A DNA stretch of 64,000 nt, from positions 1 through 64,000 of the IMG/VR virus record IMGVR_UViG_3300028833_000104; one strand, given 5' to 3'. The notes under the pieces are model-generated. The model searched no databases and was not told the DNA's origin. It was given only the letters and a program-made list of their open reading frames with translations. This DNA comes from a virus. Taxonomy: Duplodnaviria; Caudoviricetes. The position numbers and the translations under genes were made by a program. Of the stretch, positions 24,162 to 35,432 are shown in pieces (position 1 is the first letter of the stretch; each line of letters starts with the position of its first letter).

Positions 24162-26228
24162 ATGTATATTGATTTTGATAGAGTTGTAATACATAACTTT
24201 TTAAGTTATGGTCATTCTGAAATTAATTTAAAAAATAAAGATTATTGTTTAGTTAGAGGTATAAATCACAATCCATTAGATAATGCTTTAAGTAATGGTG
24301 CTGGTAAATCTAGCTGATCTTCTGCAATTTGCTGATGTTTAACTGGTGAAACTATTAATGGTCTAAAATCTAACTTGAAAAATATTTTTATTGACGAAGA
24401 TTTATGTTATGTAAGTCTTTCTTTTTCGGTTGATGAAAATAAGTTTGAAGTTACTAGATTTATAGCACCTAAATCAGATATGAGATTAACTGTAAATGGT
24501 GTTGATAAATCAGGAAAAGGTATTAGAGAGACAACTGCAATTTTAGCAACTTATTTACCTGATTTAACTAGTCAGTTATTAGGTTCAGTTATTATTTTAG
24601 GACAAGGATTACCTTGTAAATTTACAGGTAATACTCCTAGTGGTAGAAAAGAAGTTTTAGAGAAGTTATCTAAATCTGACTTTATGATTCAAGATATTAA
24701 GAATAAACTTGCAAAGGTACTAGATGAAAATAATAAACAATTACGTACTTTTGAGGATATTTTACTTGCTAAAAATTCAGAAAAATCTGTTTATGAAAAG
24801 CAAAGAGCAGATACTCAAAATTTATTATTGCAACTAGAAAAACCGCTTGATTTTAAGCGTTTAATTGCTGAGGTGGAAACTAATATAGCGAATGAAGAAA
24901 ACCTTTTAAAAACCACTATAACTACCTTAAATGAAGCGAATAGCAAGTTAGAAGGTGTAGGAACTAAGATAAATGAATTAAATACACAAAAAAATAATTC
25001 TTTATTATTAGAGAATAATAAATATCAGGATTTAAAGAATAAAAATCTAGCAAAATCTAATGAAATAAGTACGCTTTTTAATACGACAAAAAATAATTTA
25101 ACCAACTCATATAATACTGCAAAAACAGAAATAACTACCAAAACTATGAGTAAAGAATCAGAGTTAAATGCTAAGATAAGTTCCTTATCTTCAGAGATTA
25201 CAAAATTAGACAGTATTAAGGATGTTTGTCCTACTTGTGGACAAAAGTTAATTGGTGTAGTTAAACCTGATACTTCTGCAAAGAAAAATGAATTAGGAGT
25301 ATTAAGAAATGAATTATTAGAATTAACTAATTCTAAAACAAAGGCATTGAATGAAGCATTGAATATCTACAATACAGGTATTTCAAATGCACAATCTATA
25401 TACAACACTGATAATGCTGAAATTATTAAAAAGAATACTGCATTAGATACTCTATATAGAAACAATGTAAATGAAATAAATAACCAATACACTAAAGATG
25501 TTGCTGAACTTAACTTACAGTATAAGGAATTAAAAGATAAGATTCAATTATATTCACAAAATAAGCAATTAAAAGAAAGTAAAATTTTAGAATTAAATAG
25601 ACAATTATCTGAATTACAAGTTCAAGAAAAGAATCATGCTGATAAATTAGAGGCTGCTAGACTTAACTTATTATCTATAGATAATAACCTTAAAAAAATC
25701 GAAGACGAAATATTGTATAATAATAATGAGAAGGTAAAAATCGATACAAGAATTTCAATTGATAACAAATTAAACACTTTAATTAAGAGAGATTTTAGAG
25801 GATTCTTACTTTCAAACATTATTAATTTCATAAATAAAAAAGCTAAAGAATATTCAACCTACATTTTTGGTTCAGATAAATTAGATTTCGTTTTAGATGG
25901 AAATAATATAGATATTTCCTATATGAATAAATCATTTGAAAATTTATCTGGTGGCGAGAAGCAAAAAGTTGATTTAATTGTTCAATTTGCTATTAGGGAT
26001 ATGATGTCAGAATATTTACAATTCAGTTCTAACATTTTAATTTTAGATGAAATATTCGATAATCTAGATAGTAATGGTTGTAACAATGTAATTAACTTAA
26101 TTTCAAAAAAGTTAAATGATATTGAAAGCTTATTTATTATATCACATCATGCAGACGAGTTAGAAATCTCATATGATAAGGAATTAATAATTGAAAAAGA
26201 TATTAATGGTATAAGTAGGGTGATGTAA
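24162..26228 (+). CDS. sbcC: SbcC/Rad50-like ATPase, 688 aa
   Basis: HNFLSYG, Walker A NGAGKS followed by 2 TGA (SSWSSAICWCLTG), CPTCG zinc hook, LSGGEKQK signature, ILDE Walker B. Confidence 0.9.
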
Positions 26229-27119
26229 TTGAGCTGAAATGATCCAAGTTTTGAAAGACCAAAAGGTCTTAAAATTGTTGATATGTGTATTTATGTGGAT
26301 ACCAATTTCTCAAAATTTGTGCAGCGTCCAACTCAGACAGAAGAGGATAAGTTAACAAAATATATTTATTGAATAATAGATTCAATTGCAAAGAAACAGC
26401 ATTTATTTGGAAATAATTATCAATATTATGATGAATTTGCTTTATTCCTAACTTGTGAAGTTTTCTGTATAATGAGAAAAAAATTAGAACATGCTGGAGA
26501 ATTAAGTAGGGGTAAAGAAGTTGTTCCAATTAAATCTGTTTTAAATTTTGTTAAAGCGGTATTATATCCATATAAAGTTCAATTTGAGCAATCGATGTAT
26601 TCTTGTGTTATTATGCCAGATATGATTTCAAATCCGGACGAATTAACGGAAAATTTAAGAGATGAAGTTCGACAACAATATTTAAAAGATTTACAAGAAG
26701 AATTAATTGTATTTATGGAAGAGCTTCCTAATAAAATATGAGATCAATTTACTAAAATTTGTCCATATCGTAGAGATCCGGCAATGATGAAGAGAATTTA
26801 TATATCGGTTGTTTTAACTTTAATAGAAAATGTTACATTAAGAACAAAGGTAGAAGAAAAAGCTAATAGTAGATTATATAGGAATGATGTAAAGAAATTA
26901 ATTGGAATGTATTCTAAGAATAATACCAATGTAATTTTATGACATTTACCGGATCATATGGAAGATTATATTAGATTTTTAACTTATAAGGTTAAGAGAA
27001 TAATAAGTAATGTTATTTCCGATAGAAGAAGTAGATTTGATTTATCAGATGAGTCAATAGATGATGTTATAAAAACTGGATTTACTACTTATAGTCAGGA
27101 TCAAGAGGAGTTACAATAA
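26229..27119 (+). CDS. Hypothetical protein, about 296 aa (weak candidate for phage sigma-like factor)
   Basis: Open under code 4 (4 TGA) from TTG at 26229 (start uncertain) to TAA 27119; fills gap exactly. Confidence 0.55.
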
Positions 27120-27120
27120 A

Positions 27121-27528
27121 ATGGTTAATAAAAAGAAAAAAGCAGAATTACAAGCATCTTTAAATAATTTAAATAAAGAAGATACGTTTTCAATGTTATT
27201 ATTTACATTATATAAATTAAAAGATGATCCACAATATTCAGTATTAGCTGAATTATGCTATATTTTGGATAAAGATAACTTAAGTAAGTTCCTATCATAT
27301 TTTGGTGGAACTACTATAAAGATTCCAAATTTAAGAGATTTTAGATTAGTATTACAAGGAATGATTCTATTCCAACACGTATATTTAGAGAATGGTACGT
27401 TAGAAGAAGGATTAAAGGCTATGACTAACGCTAATTCAGAATTTAAGGTTGAGGAATTATTAGAAGTTTATCAAAAGTTTATAACTATTGCAGAAGATTA
27501 TGAATTTAAAAGAGAGGTAGACTTTTAA
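27121..27528 (+). CDS. Hypothetical protein (possible Mor-like DNA-binding)
   Basis: ORF with GAGGAG RBS; FLSYFGGTTIKIP motif resembles Mor-family N-terminus. Confidence 0.5.
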   Translation: MVNKKKKAELQASLNNLNKEDTFSMLLFTLYKLKDDPQYSVLAELCYILDKDNLSKFLSYFGGTTIKIPNLRDFRLVLQGMILFQHVYLENGTLEEGLKAMTNANSEFKVEELLEVYQKFITIAEDYEFKREVDF

Positions 27529-27530
27529 TT

Positions 27531-27815
27531 ATGTTTTTAGATAATTTATATGAAATAGCTCAAGATTTAAGCGTATATAAAAATTATAATAGAGAACAAA
27601 TGATGACTGCAATGGTGGATATGAAATTAAATGTTCATATTAATGAATATGTAAGAAGATTAAATGATATTAACTTTTATATATTTAGATGTAATACTAT
27701 AAGAACAATTAAGGGACAATTTAAATTTGATTTATCCAATTTAATGTCGTTAATTAAAATTAAGCAAAATAATTTAGAAAAATGTTATGGAGGTACCGAT
27801 GATGATAGATGTTAA
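27531..27815 (+). CDS. Hypothetical protein
   Basis: ORF in tightly packed operon. Confidence 0.55.
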   Translation: MFLDNLYEIAQDLSVYKNYNREQMMTAMVDMKLNVHINEYVRRLNDINFYIFRCNTIRTIKGQFKFDLSNLMSLIKIKQNNLEKCYGGTDDDRC

Positions 27816-28134
27816 TCAAGATTTATCAACTTTAACAACAATTCCTAAGAAGACTTTGGATAAATTAAATGATAAGGTAATGTATTGTATTTGTCAAACT
27901 ATTCAAGAAGATGTTTTAGATGGTAAAACTATGTCAGAATTTAATTTCTTTGACTTATTTACATTATATATTAAATATGAGACTCCAGGAGAAATTAGAT
28001 ATAAAATTATTCCAAATGAAAATTTAGAGAAAAATGTAACTAAAACAGTTAAAAAGAAACTAAATTTATTTGAAGATGTATTAAATACAACTTTAGCAAA
28101 GAAATTTGATGAACTTTATAAAAATCTTTGTTAG
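27799..28134 (+). CDS. Hypothetical protein
   Basis: GGAGG RBS before ATG ATG at 27799. Confidence 0.6.
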   Translation: MMIDVNQDLSTLTTIPKKTLDKLNDKVMYCICQTIQEDVLDGKTMSEFNFFDLFTLYIKYETPGEIRYKIIPNENLEKNVTKTVKKKLNLFEDVLNTTLAKKFDELYKNLC

Positions 28135-28145
28135 GAGGTATGTAA

Positions 28146-28703
28146 ATGGATAATTATGATATTACCAAGGTAGCTACTGAAATAACTGAAATTTTAACGC
28201 CTGAGGATTTACATAAAAATCAAAAGGATATTGTTGCAGATTTAATTAAGGCTACTAGTAAAGATGAATTTCAAAAACAAGTTGAATTATTTAATTTAAG
28301 TCAAAGTAAAACCAATGCATTAAGAATTTTAAAATTACAAGATGCTCAATCAAAGGTAGAAGACGAAATTATTAATAGATTTGATAAAAGACCTGATCAA
28401 ATGTCTAATCAAGATTTATTAGCATATTTAACTACAATTTCTGGACAAATTGAAAAATCTCAAAAAGTTGTTGATGCGGTAGAGGATAAGGCATTAGCAA
28501 GACAAATGGTGGCAACAACTTCAGAAAGTTCTGGAAATCAGTATAATATTAATTTAGGTACAGATTTAAATAGGGAAAATAAAGATAATGTTGTAGATGC
28601 AATTAAAGATATTTTAAGTTTATTGCAAAATACTACGGTTGATAATCCCGATATCAACAATCTAGAAGAACCTGAAGAAGTTGAAATAATTAATGAAAAT
28701 TAA
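28146..28703 (+). CDS. Hypothetical helical protein
   Basis: AGGAGG RBS; intact ORF. Confidence 0.6.
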   Translation: MDNYDITKVATEITEILTPEDLHKNQKDIVADLIKATSKDEFQKQVELFNLSQSKTNALRILKLQDAQSKVEDEIINRFDKRPDQMSNQDLLAYLTTISGQIEKSQKVVDAVEDKALARQMVATTSESSGNQYNINLGTDLNRENKDNVVDAIKDILSLLQNTTVDNPDINNLEEPEEVEIINEN

Positions 28704-28746
28704 ATTGTATAAATAAATTGATATTTCAAAAATAAAGGAGAAATTA

Positions 28747-29979
28747 ATGTTAACTAAAGAAGAATTTTATCAGTATGTTGACTCATTTAATGGCAATTAT
28801 GATGAGGTAACATTATTAAGCATTGGAAAGAAATTTAGAGAACTACCAGTTAAGCAAAGAAACTGAAAGGAATTAGTAGATTATTTAGGATTAGATAAGA
28901 GTGCTGATTCATTTAGAGTTTGAGTATATCGAAATCAAGCAATGCTAGAAGAGCCAGAAGATGACTCTACAATGAAATTTGTAAAGAATCAAAAAGAAGA
29001 TATTTCACAACAACCTGATGAAGTATCATTTAGAGAAGATTATAAGATTATTACTAAAAATAGAGATATTTTAAATGCCTATCGTAAAACTATTAGAGAT
29101 GAAGCTAGAATTGAAGTATTAAGAGATGCTATTAAGGAAACAGTTTCTCAATTAAATAGTTTACCTCAAATTGAACCTGATTATTTAGAATCAGTAAGAA
29201 ATCCTGAGGTTGAAGCTGTAGCTTTATTATCTGATTTACATATTGGTGTTGAATGTGAAAACTTCTATAATAAATATAATGTAGATATAGCAGCAGCAAG
29301 ATTACAGGAATGAGCTGAAACAGTTAAAGTATATTGTGCAAGACAAAAAGTTACTAGATTAAATATTTTAAACCTAGGTGATTTAATTCATGGTTTAATT
29401 CATGTTAGCGCTAGATTAGAACAACAATATGATGTAGTAGAACAAATTATGAAAGCTAGTGAATTATTATCACAAGCATTAAATACTTTATGTGAATTAC
29501 CTTGTGAAATTATTTATAGAAGTGTAACAGACAATCATTCAAGAGCAGTTGCTAATTTACATGAACATATTGAAAAGGAAAATTTCTATAGATTAATTGA
29601 TTGGTATTTACAAGAAAGATTAAAGAATACAAAAATTGAATTTGTTAATGATAATCTAGATGATTCATTAGGTGTATTTGAATTACTAAATGGTAAGAAG
29701 TTTGCATTTGCTCACGGCCATTTAGAAAATTATAATGCATCATTCCAGAATTTAGTTGGTGCAACAAGAGAATTCATTGACTATATTGCAATGGGTCATT
29801 TTCATTCAGAAAAGATGAAAACATTCCAAGGTGCTAAAGTATATGTAAATGGTTCTATTGTAGGAACTGAACAATATGCTTTAAGCAAGAGATTATTTAG
29901 TAAGCCTTGTCAAACATTATTAATATTTGATGAATTTGGAAATGAATTAAATATTAGTATTAATTTAGATGTTTATTAA
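28747..29979 (+). CDS. Calcineurin-like metallophosphoesterase (DNA pol II small-subunit-like), 410 aa
   Basis: Two ORFs joined and extended via 3 TGA; SDLHIG, LGDLIHG, DNH, AHGH, GHFH motifs. Confidence 0.8.
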
Positions 29980-29995
29980 AATAAATTAATCATTT

Positions 29996-30021
29996 AAACC
30001 TCTGTAAAAAGAGGTTTTTTT
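29996..30021 (+). terminator. Intrinsic terminator
   Basis: AAACCTCT-gtaaaa-AGAGGTTT plus T-tract. Confidence 0.75.
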
Positions 30022-30079
30022 ATTTTGTAAAAAATTGTATATTTATTATAATAAATATAACTATGAAAGGAATATTAAT

Positions 30080-30370
30080 ATGGCAAAAGCAGATGCTAAG
30101 CAATATTTTAAAGATATTGAAACCCAATATTTTGAAATTAAGGGAATATTAGAAGATATTACAGAATATTATAATAAAGGTGAAATGACCGAAGAGCAGG
30201 CAAAAGATGCTTTAGCAGATTTTGAAAGAGCTCAGTTGGTTTATGATACAGCTAGAATATTTATGGATAAATTAAATAAACCTAGCGCAAGAAGTAAAAA
30301 GAAAAAGGAAGCAGAGATAGTTGAAATTCCTGCAGAATTTGATAATTATTTAGAAGGAGATAAAAATTAA
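30080..30370 (+). CDS. Hypothetical protein
   Basis: AAGGA RBS, ATG 30080; TTGTATATT motif at 30035. Confidence 0.6.
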   Translation: MAKADAKQYFKDIETQYFEIKGILEDITEYYNKGEMTEEQAKDALADFERAQLVYDTARIFMDKLNKPSARSKKKKEAEIVEIPAEFDNYLEGDKN

Positions 30371-31089
30371 TGGGAACACTAATTAAAACAGATTTAGGAA
30401 ATTATGAAAGAATAGATGAAATTACAGGTGGTGTCACACTAAAAGAAGTTAAGGATACTATCAATACTCTTAAAACAGAATTGAGAAAGAATAAAGATTT
30501 AGCTTGCTTATGTGCTCCACAAATTGGAAAGAATCTAAGATTATTTGTAGTTAAGACTAATAATAATCAATATAAGGAATTTTTAAATCCAATGGTTGTT
30601 AGTAAGTCTAAAGGACAACATTTAAGTAGAGAAAGAAATATTAGTGTTGGTGAAAAGGATTATATTATTCCTAGATTTGATGATATTCACGTAGCTTATC
30701 AAACATATGATGGACATATTAATTCAGAATCATACAAAGGTGCTTATGGTGAAGTAGTTCAACAAATGATTGAAATGCTTGATGGTATTCAGTTAAGTGA
30801 TTATGGTTTAGAGGTTATTCCTGAATTTGATTCAGCAACCGATGATGAAAAAACACAAGTTCTTCAAATGTATGTAGAATCATTAAAGAAAAGAGCCCAT
30901 ACTTTAATGGATGAAATTAATGCCGATCCAGAGTTAAAAGCAATCAATGATACTATTGAATTTAACATCGGCTTACTTAATGGAGATATCAAACCAGTTG
31001 ATGCTGAAGGTAATGTTGTTGAATATGAATATGACGAGAAAAAAGGTATTACTGCAAAGAAAGTAAAGGAAAAGAAAGATGCTAATTAA
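30370..31089 (+). CDS. Peptide deformylase-fold protein, catalytically degenerate
   Basis: CLCAPQIG / FLNPMVV / ERNIS / IPRFDDIHVAY / QQMIEMLDG align to PDF motifs 1-3 but lack metal ligands. Confidence 0.75.
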   Translation: MGTLIKTDLGNYERIDEITGGVTLKEVKDTINTLKTELRKNKDLACLCAPQIGKNLRLFVVKTNNNQYKEFLNPMVVSKSKGQHLSRERNISVGEKDYIIPRFDDIHVAYQTYDGHINSESYKGAYGEVVQQMIEMLDGIQLSDYGLEVIPEFDSATDDEKTQVLQMYVESLKKRAHTLMDEINADPELKAINDTIEFNIGLLNGDIKPVDAEGNVVEYEYDEKKGITAKKVKEKKDAN

Positions 31090-31453
31090 TTATAATGGTT
31101 CACCAACATATATGGGTGAACTAGATATAGAGAATATTGGTGATTTTGCTATTGAGGCTAGTAATGATGATGGAATGTTTTGATATTACATTTGTAGAAC
31201 TTTATTAGGAATAACCACAATAGCAACTTCAGGTCCTAGAATACCTGATGTAGAACTATTACCAAAAGTATTTAATCAATGTAGATTTACAATGGATTTC
31301 AATGAAGATAAAATTATTAAAGATGTAACAAAATTTTTAAATGATTTTAGAAAGAAAATAACAAAGGCAGAAGTTATTCCTATTGATGATGCAGTAGAAC
31401 AGTTTGTAAATCTAAAAGATTATTTAGAAGACTATGGTGAGGAGTTGTTTTAG
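31079..31453 (+). CDS. Hypothetical protein, 124 aa
   Basis: Open under code 4 (1 TGA); fills gap left by code-11 track. Confidence 0.6.
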
Positions 31454-31456
31454 AAT

Positions 31457-31684
31457 ATGATGGATAGAAAACCAGTAAGAGACTTTTATAATAGAATTAT
31501 AGGGTGAATTGATACAGATACTGTAACTGGAGACCAAGTAGGTAGAGATTTCTATCAAAGAATAGTTGGCTATTATGATGCTAAGTTGAATGTAACAAGA
31601 GATTTTTATAAAAGGATAGTTAATCATGGAAATATGCTGGCGGCATTAATTCAGCAAGAAAATGATAAACAAGGTAAGAAGTAA
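31457..31684 (+). CDS. Small protein with three RDFYxRI(I/V) repeats, 75 aa
   Basis: RDFYNRIIG(W=TGA), RDFYQRIVGY, RDFYKRIVNH; GAGGAG RBS. Confidence 0.7.
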
Positions 31685-32160
31685 TGTTTAAGAATAAAAA
31701 ATTAAAATACTATTGTGTCAAAACATCGGATAATCCGGCAGTTATGTTGTCAGTAGTTGATACTAAAAAAGAAGCTGAAGAATATATTAATACAGTATTG
31801 TATATCAAAAATATGGAACATTTTGATAGTTGATGTTATTTTAATCAAATACCTGATTCAGAAAAACAAAATGCGTGATTAAAATATTATAATACTGTAT
31901 TAGATAAAGATGAAAAAGCAAAATATTGGTATCAGGAAATGTATTATACCAAGAGTGAAGTTGCAGCTATTGTAAGAATGTTTTGTGGCTGTAAACCATT
32001 AGGTTGCTCATATGAATTACCTGAAGAAGTAAAATATCTTGAAAGTAAAAAAGTGGTAAAAGAACTTATGACTAAGCAATTAATGGATTATATGAGCAAA
32101 GAAATGGATAGTCCTGATTTTGATGTCAAGGAAGAAAATAAAGAGGAGATAATTCAATAA
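31684..32160 (+). CDS. Hypothetical protein, 158 aa
   Basis: Code-4 upstream extension of 31939-32160 (2 TGA); TAATG overlaps at both ends. Confidence 0.6.
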
Positions 32161-32645
32161 TGGCAAGCAATAAAGGTAAAGCATTTGAAGAGGCTTTCAA
32201 AGAAAACTGAATACAATGCTACCCTGGAACTTGACTTTTTAGATTAAAAGACCAAATGAATGGTTATAAAGAGGTAAGTCAAAATCCTTGTGATTTTTTA
32301 GCATTTACCGCAGAAAATAAATTATTTATGATAGAGTGTAAATCTCATGAAGGAGCATCAATTTCATTTGACGCTATTCCACAATATGAGAGATTATTAA
32401 AGTATAAAGATAAGAAAAATGTTTATCCCGGAATACTAATTTGGTTTATTGATAAGGATAAAATATATTGAGTTCCAATTAAGGTTGCTGAAAAGATATA
32501 TAATAGTGGTGAAAAATCTATTGGAATAAGACATGTTGGAAAATATAATTTAATTGAAGTTCCTTCAGTCAAAAAAAGAGTGTATATGGAATCAGATTAT
32601 AAAATTGTATTTTCTAATATAGATGAATTAATGGAGGTAGCATAA
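32160..32645 (+). CDS. RecU-like Holliday junction resolvase, 161 aa
   Basis: NKGKAFEE, PCDF, IECKS, IPQYERL, GILIWF motifs; 3 TGA. Confidence 0.75.
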
Positions 32646-32683
32646 TTGTATAATATATGTACAGATTAAACGGAGGTAGTTAA

Positions 32684-33226
32684 ATGTCTGAATTAAGAGA
32701 AAAAATGATAGATGCAATGAATTCAGTTTATGATATATATAATGATATGAATTCCCTTGCAAAAGATATTGTTAAAGAATATACTTCACCTATTGATATT
32801 CTGGTAAAGCAAGTTAAAGAGGATATCAATAATTTAACTAATGAAGATATTAGAAGACTTGAATTAAAGTTATCTTTATTAGCATATGATTTAGGTGAGT
32901 TAAAAGATAAAACAAATATTGCCGCAGAAGTTGCTGAAATTGTTCAAGATGAAGCACAAGCTACTGCTTGGAATACAGCTGAAGGAAATAATGAACAAAG
33001 AAAGAATACTGCTTTATTATCTGTTAATAAGGAAAAGGTTGTCAGTAAACTATATAAACTAGTTGCAAGTCAAATTAAAACAAAATTAGATGAAACTCAT
33101 AGAATTGTAGATACATTAAAAAGTATCTTAATTTCTAGAGCAAGTGATAGAAAATTAACAGATAATTATGAGAATAGTGGTAATACAACAAATTATGATT
33201 CTCAAACAGGCGAAGTAACAGAATAG
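32684..33226 (+). CDS. Helical protein upstream of recA (possible UvsY-like mediator)
   Basis: GGAGG RBS; TTGTATAAT at 32646; function inferred from position only. Confidence 0.5.
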   Translation: MSELREKMIDAMNSVYDIYNDMNSLAKDIVKEYTSPIDILVKQVKEDINNLTNEDIRRLELKLSLLAYDLGELKDKTNIAAEVAEIVQDEAQATAWNTAEGNNEQRKNTALLSVNKEKVVSKLYKLVASQIKTKLDETHRIVDTLKSILISRASDRKLTDNYENSGNTTNYDSQTGEVTE

Positions 33227-33241
33227 AAAGGAAAATATTAA

Positions 33242-34528
33242 ATGGCAGAAAAAGAAAAGAATACAAAGATGACCTTTGCAGATTATGCAAAAGCATTTGC
33301 AAAGACAAGAAAAAATGATAATATTTTAAGAAAATCTAGTTTAATTCCACAATATGTTAGAGTTAGCAGTTTATGTCCAGGTATTGCATATCCAACATGG
33401 GGAGGATTACCTCATGGAGGAAGAATTATTGAAATTTCAGGTTTAAACTCTTGTGGTAAAACATCAGGAATGAGTGCAATTATTGCAGATTATTTAAGAA
33501 ATTATCCTGATAAATCTGTTTTATATGTAGATGCAGAAAATACTTATGATGTTGAATATCAATCTAAAGCTAATGGTTTTGATCCTGAAAAGCTATATAT
33601 TTACAATCCAGATGTAGGTGAATCAGGAGAAATAATTTTAGGAACTTTACTTGATATGGCTAATAATATTAGCGATTTATCATTAATTATTATTGACTCT
33701 GTTCCTGCTTTAGTTCCTTCTATTGATTATGAAAATGAATTTGAGAAGGATAATGGTATGAGAGGAACTCTTGCTAAATTCTTATATAAGTGGCAGCGTG
33801 AAATTATTCCTACCCTTAAAGCTAATGATATTGATTTAGCATTTATTAATCAAACAAGAATTAAAGGTAAGACCTTTACTGGTGCAGATATTTTAGATGA
33901 ACCTTGTGGAGATGCAATTAAATTCTATGCAAGTGTTAGAATTAGATTTGGTAGAAGAAAATTCCTAGATGCTGAAGGTGAAGAGTTAAAAAATTCAACT
34001 AAGGTAGGTCAGGAAAAGAATGCTACTACAGGTCAAGGAGCATCAGGTTATAGAATTTCATTTAGTTTCTTAAAAAATAAAACAGCACCAACTACTAGAG
34101 GTGGTGGATTTATAACATATATGTTTGATGAATCTGGTAAACAAGCTTATATGGATGTAACTGCTGATATGTTTAATATTGCTACAAAATTTGGTATTAT
34201 CAAGAGAATTAATAATGTTACATATGAAGTTTTAGATCCAGTTACTAAAGAGGTAATGAAAGATGCTGATGGTAAGGAATTAAGAGGTAAGAAAGCCGAT
34301 TTATATGACTATTTTAAAGCAAATAGAGAATTTACTGAAAATTATACACTATCATTAAATGCTCAACTTGCATCTTCAGGACAATATTCAGGTAATTTAT
34401 TGGATGCAGAAACAGCAGCTGCAATTGAAAAAGAGGATCAAGGAGTAACATTAACTCTTAAAGAGGCTGAAGAAATAAATAAAGAAGAAAGAATCAAACT
34501 AGCAGATAGAGAAGATGATGAGGAATAA
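33242..34528 (+). CDS. recA: RecA/UvsX-like recombinase
   Basis: GGLPHGGRIIEISGLNSCGKT, YVDAEN, IIIDSVPAL, FINQTR, GDAIKFYASVRI, KNKTAP. Confidence 0.92.
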   Translation: MAEKEKNTKMTFADYAKAFAKTRKNDNILRKSSLIPQYVRVSSLCPGIAYPTWGGLPHGGRIIEISGLNSCGKTSGMSAIIADYLRNYPDKSVLYVDAENTYDVEYQSKANGFDPEKLYIYNPDVGESGEIILGTLLDMANNISDLSLIIIDSVPALVPSIDYENEFEKDNGMRGTLAKFLYKWQREIIPTLKANDIDLAFINQTRIKGKTFTGADILDEPCGDAIKFYASVRIRFGRRKFLDAEGEELKNSTKVGQEKNATTGQGASGYRISFSFLKNKTAPTTRGGGFITYMFDESGKQAYMDVTADMFNIATKFGIIKRINNVTYEVLDPVTKEVMKDADGKELRGKKADLYDYFKANREFTENYTLSLNAQLASSGQYSGNLLDAETAAAIEKEDQGVTLTLKEAEEINKEERIKLADREDDEE

Positions 34529-34902
34529 TGGCAGGAAAATTTGCTAAATACGTTACTGGAAAAGAAACCGCTAAACCTACTAGATATTATTCATCAAAAC
34601 AAGAAAAATCAGTTGCAGAAGCCGTTGCTGGAAAGCAGACGGCTAATAGCGGTGCAACAATGTTTCAAAAAGGCGATGTAGTAAATGATTTATTTCTTAT
34701 TGAATGTAAGACAAAAACAAAATCTTGTGATTCAATAACAGTTCATAAAGAATGGATTGAGAAAAATAGAGATGAATCAATATTTATGAATAAGGAATAT
34801 AGTGCGGTTGCAATTAATTTCGGTCCCGATGAAGAAAATTATTATATAATTGACGAGCAATTATTTAATTTATTAAACGAATATTTAAGAAATAAGGATT
34901 AA
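34528..34902 (+). CDS. PD-(D/E)XK endonuclease/Holliday junction resolvase-like
   Basis: QEKSVA...NSGA...KGDV...LIECKT...KEWIEK. Confidence 0.75.
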   Translation: MAGKFAKYVTGKETAKPTRYYSSKQEKSVAEAVAGKQTANSGATMFQKGDVVNDLFLIECKTKTKSCDSITVHKEWIEKNRDESIFMNKEYSAVAINFGPDEENYYIIDEQLFNLLNEYLRNKD

Positions 34903-34917
34903 GTTCCTTATTTTTTT
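34891..34917 (+). terminator. Intrinsic terminator
   Basis: AATAAGGA-ttaagt-TCCTTATT plus T-tract. Confidence 0.65.
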
Positions 34918-34953
34918 ATTTTACATTGTATTTTATTATAAGAGGTGATAATT

Positions 34954-35211
34954 ATGCTCTGATACATTGAAGTAATTGGATATTTAGGAATGGGTTTAGT
35001 TATTATATCCTTCTTATTTAAAAAGATGCGATGGCTAAGACTATTTAATTTATTGGGTGGTGTTTGTTGTATGATTTATGGCTTTATGACATCAACCTAC
35101 CCTACCGCAATTCTTAATTTAATTTTAGTTTTAATTAACTTGCAATTTCCTATAATATATTTTATTAAAAAACATAAAAAAGCCGAAAATACAGGAAATA
35201 ATAATGTATAA
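34954..35211 (+). CDS. Small multi-pass membrane protein (YgjV-like)
   Basis: GAGGTG RBS; ML(W=TGA)YIEVIGY...LRLFNLLGGVCCMIYG...PTAILN. Confidence 0.65.
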
Positions 35212-35243
35212 TTAAATTGTAAAAAAGAAAGGAAGATATTTTT

Positions 35244-35432
35244 ATGAAAAGAAATGGAAGAAATTTAAGAATGCCACATGTTGAAGGAATGACTTCAGAT
35301 AAGTGGTCAACAATGACAAACTTAGAAAGATATGATTTTCTAAGAACAGTTAAATCAGATGCAAAGACATTAAGATTAGCAAAGAAGGAAGCTAAGAAAA
35401 ATCAAGTAGAAGTTGTAGAGGAAGTTAAGTAA
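35244..35432 (+). CDS. Hypothetical protein
   Basis: AAGGA RBS; ATGTATAAT at 35204. Confidence 0.55.
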   Translation: MKRNGRNLRMPHVEGMTSDKWSTMTNLERYDFLRTVKSDAKTLRLAKKEAKKNQVEVVEEVK

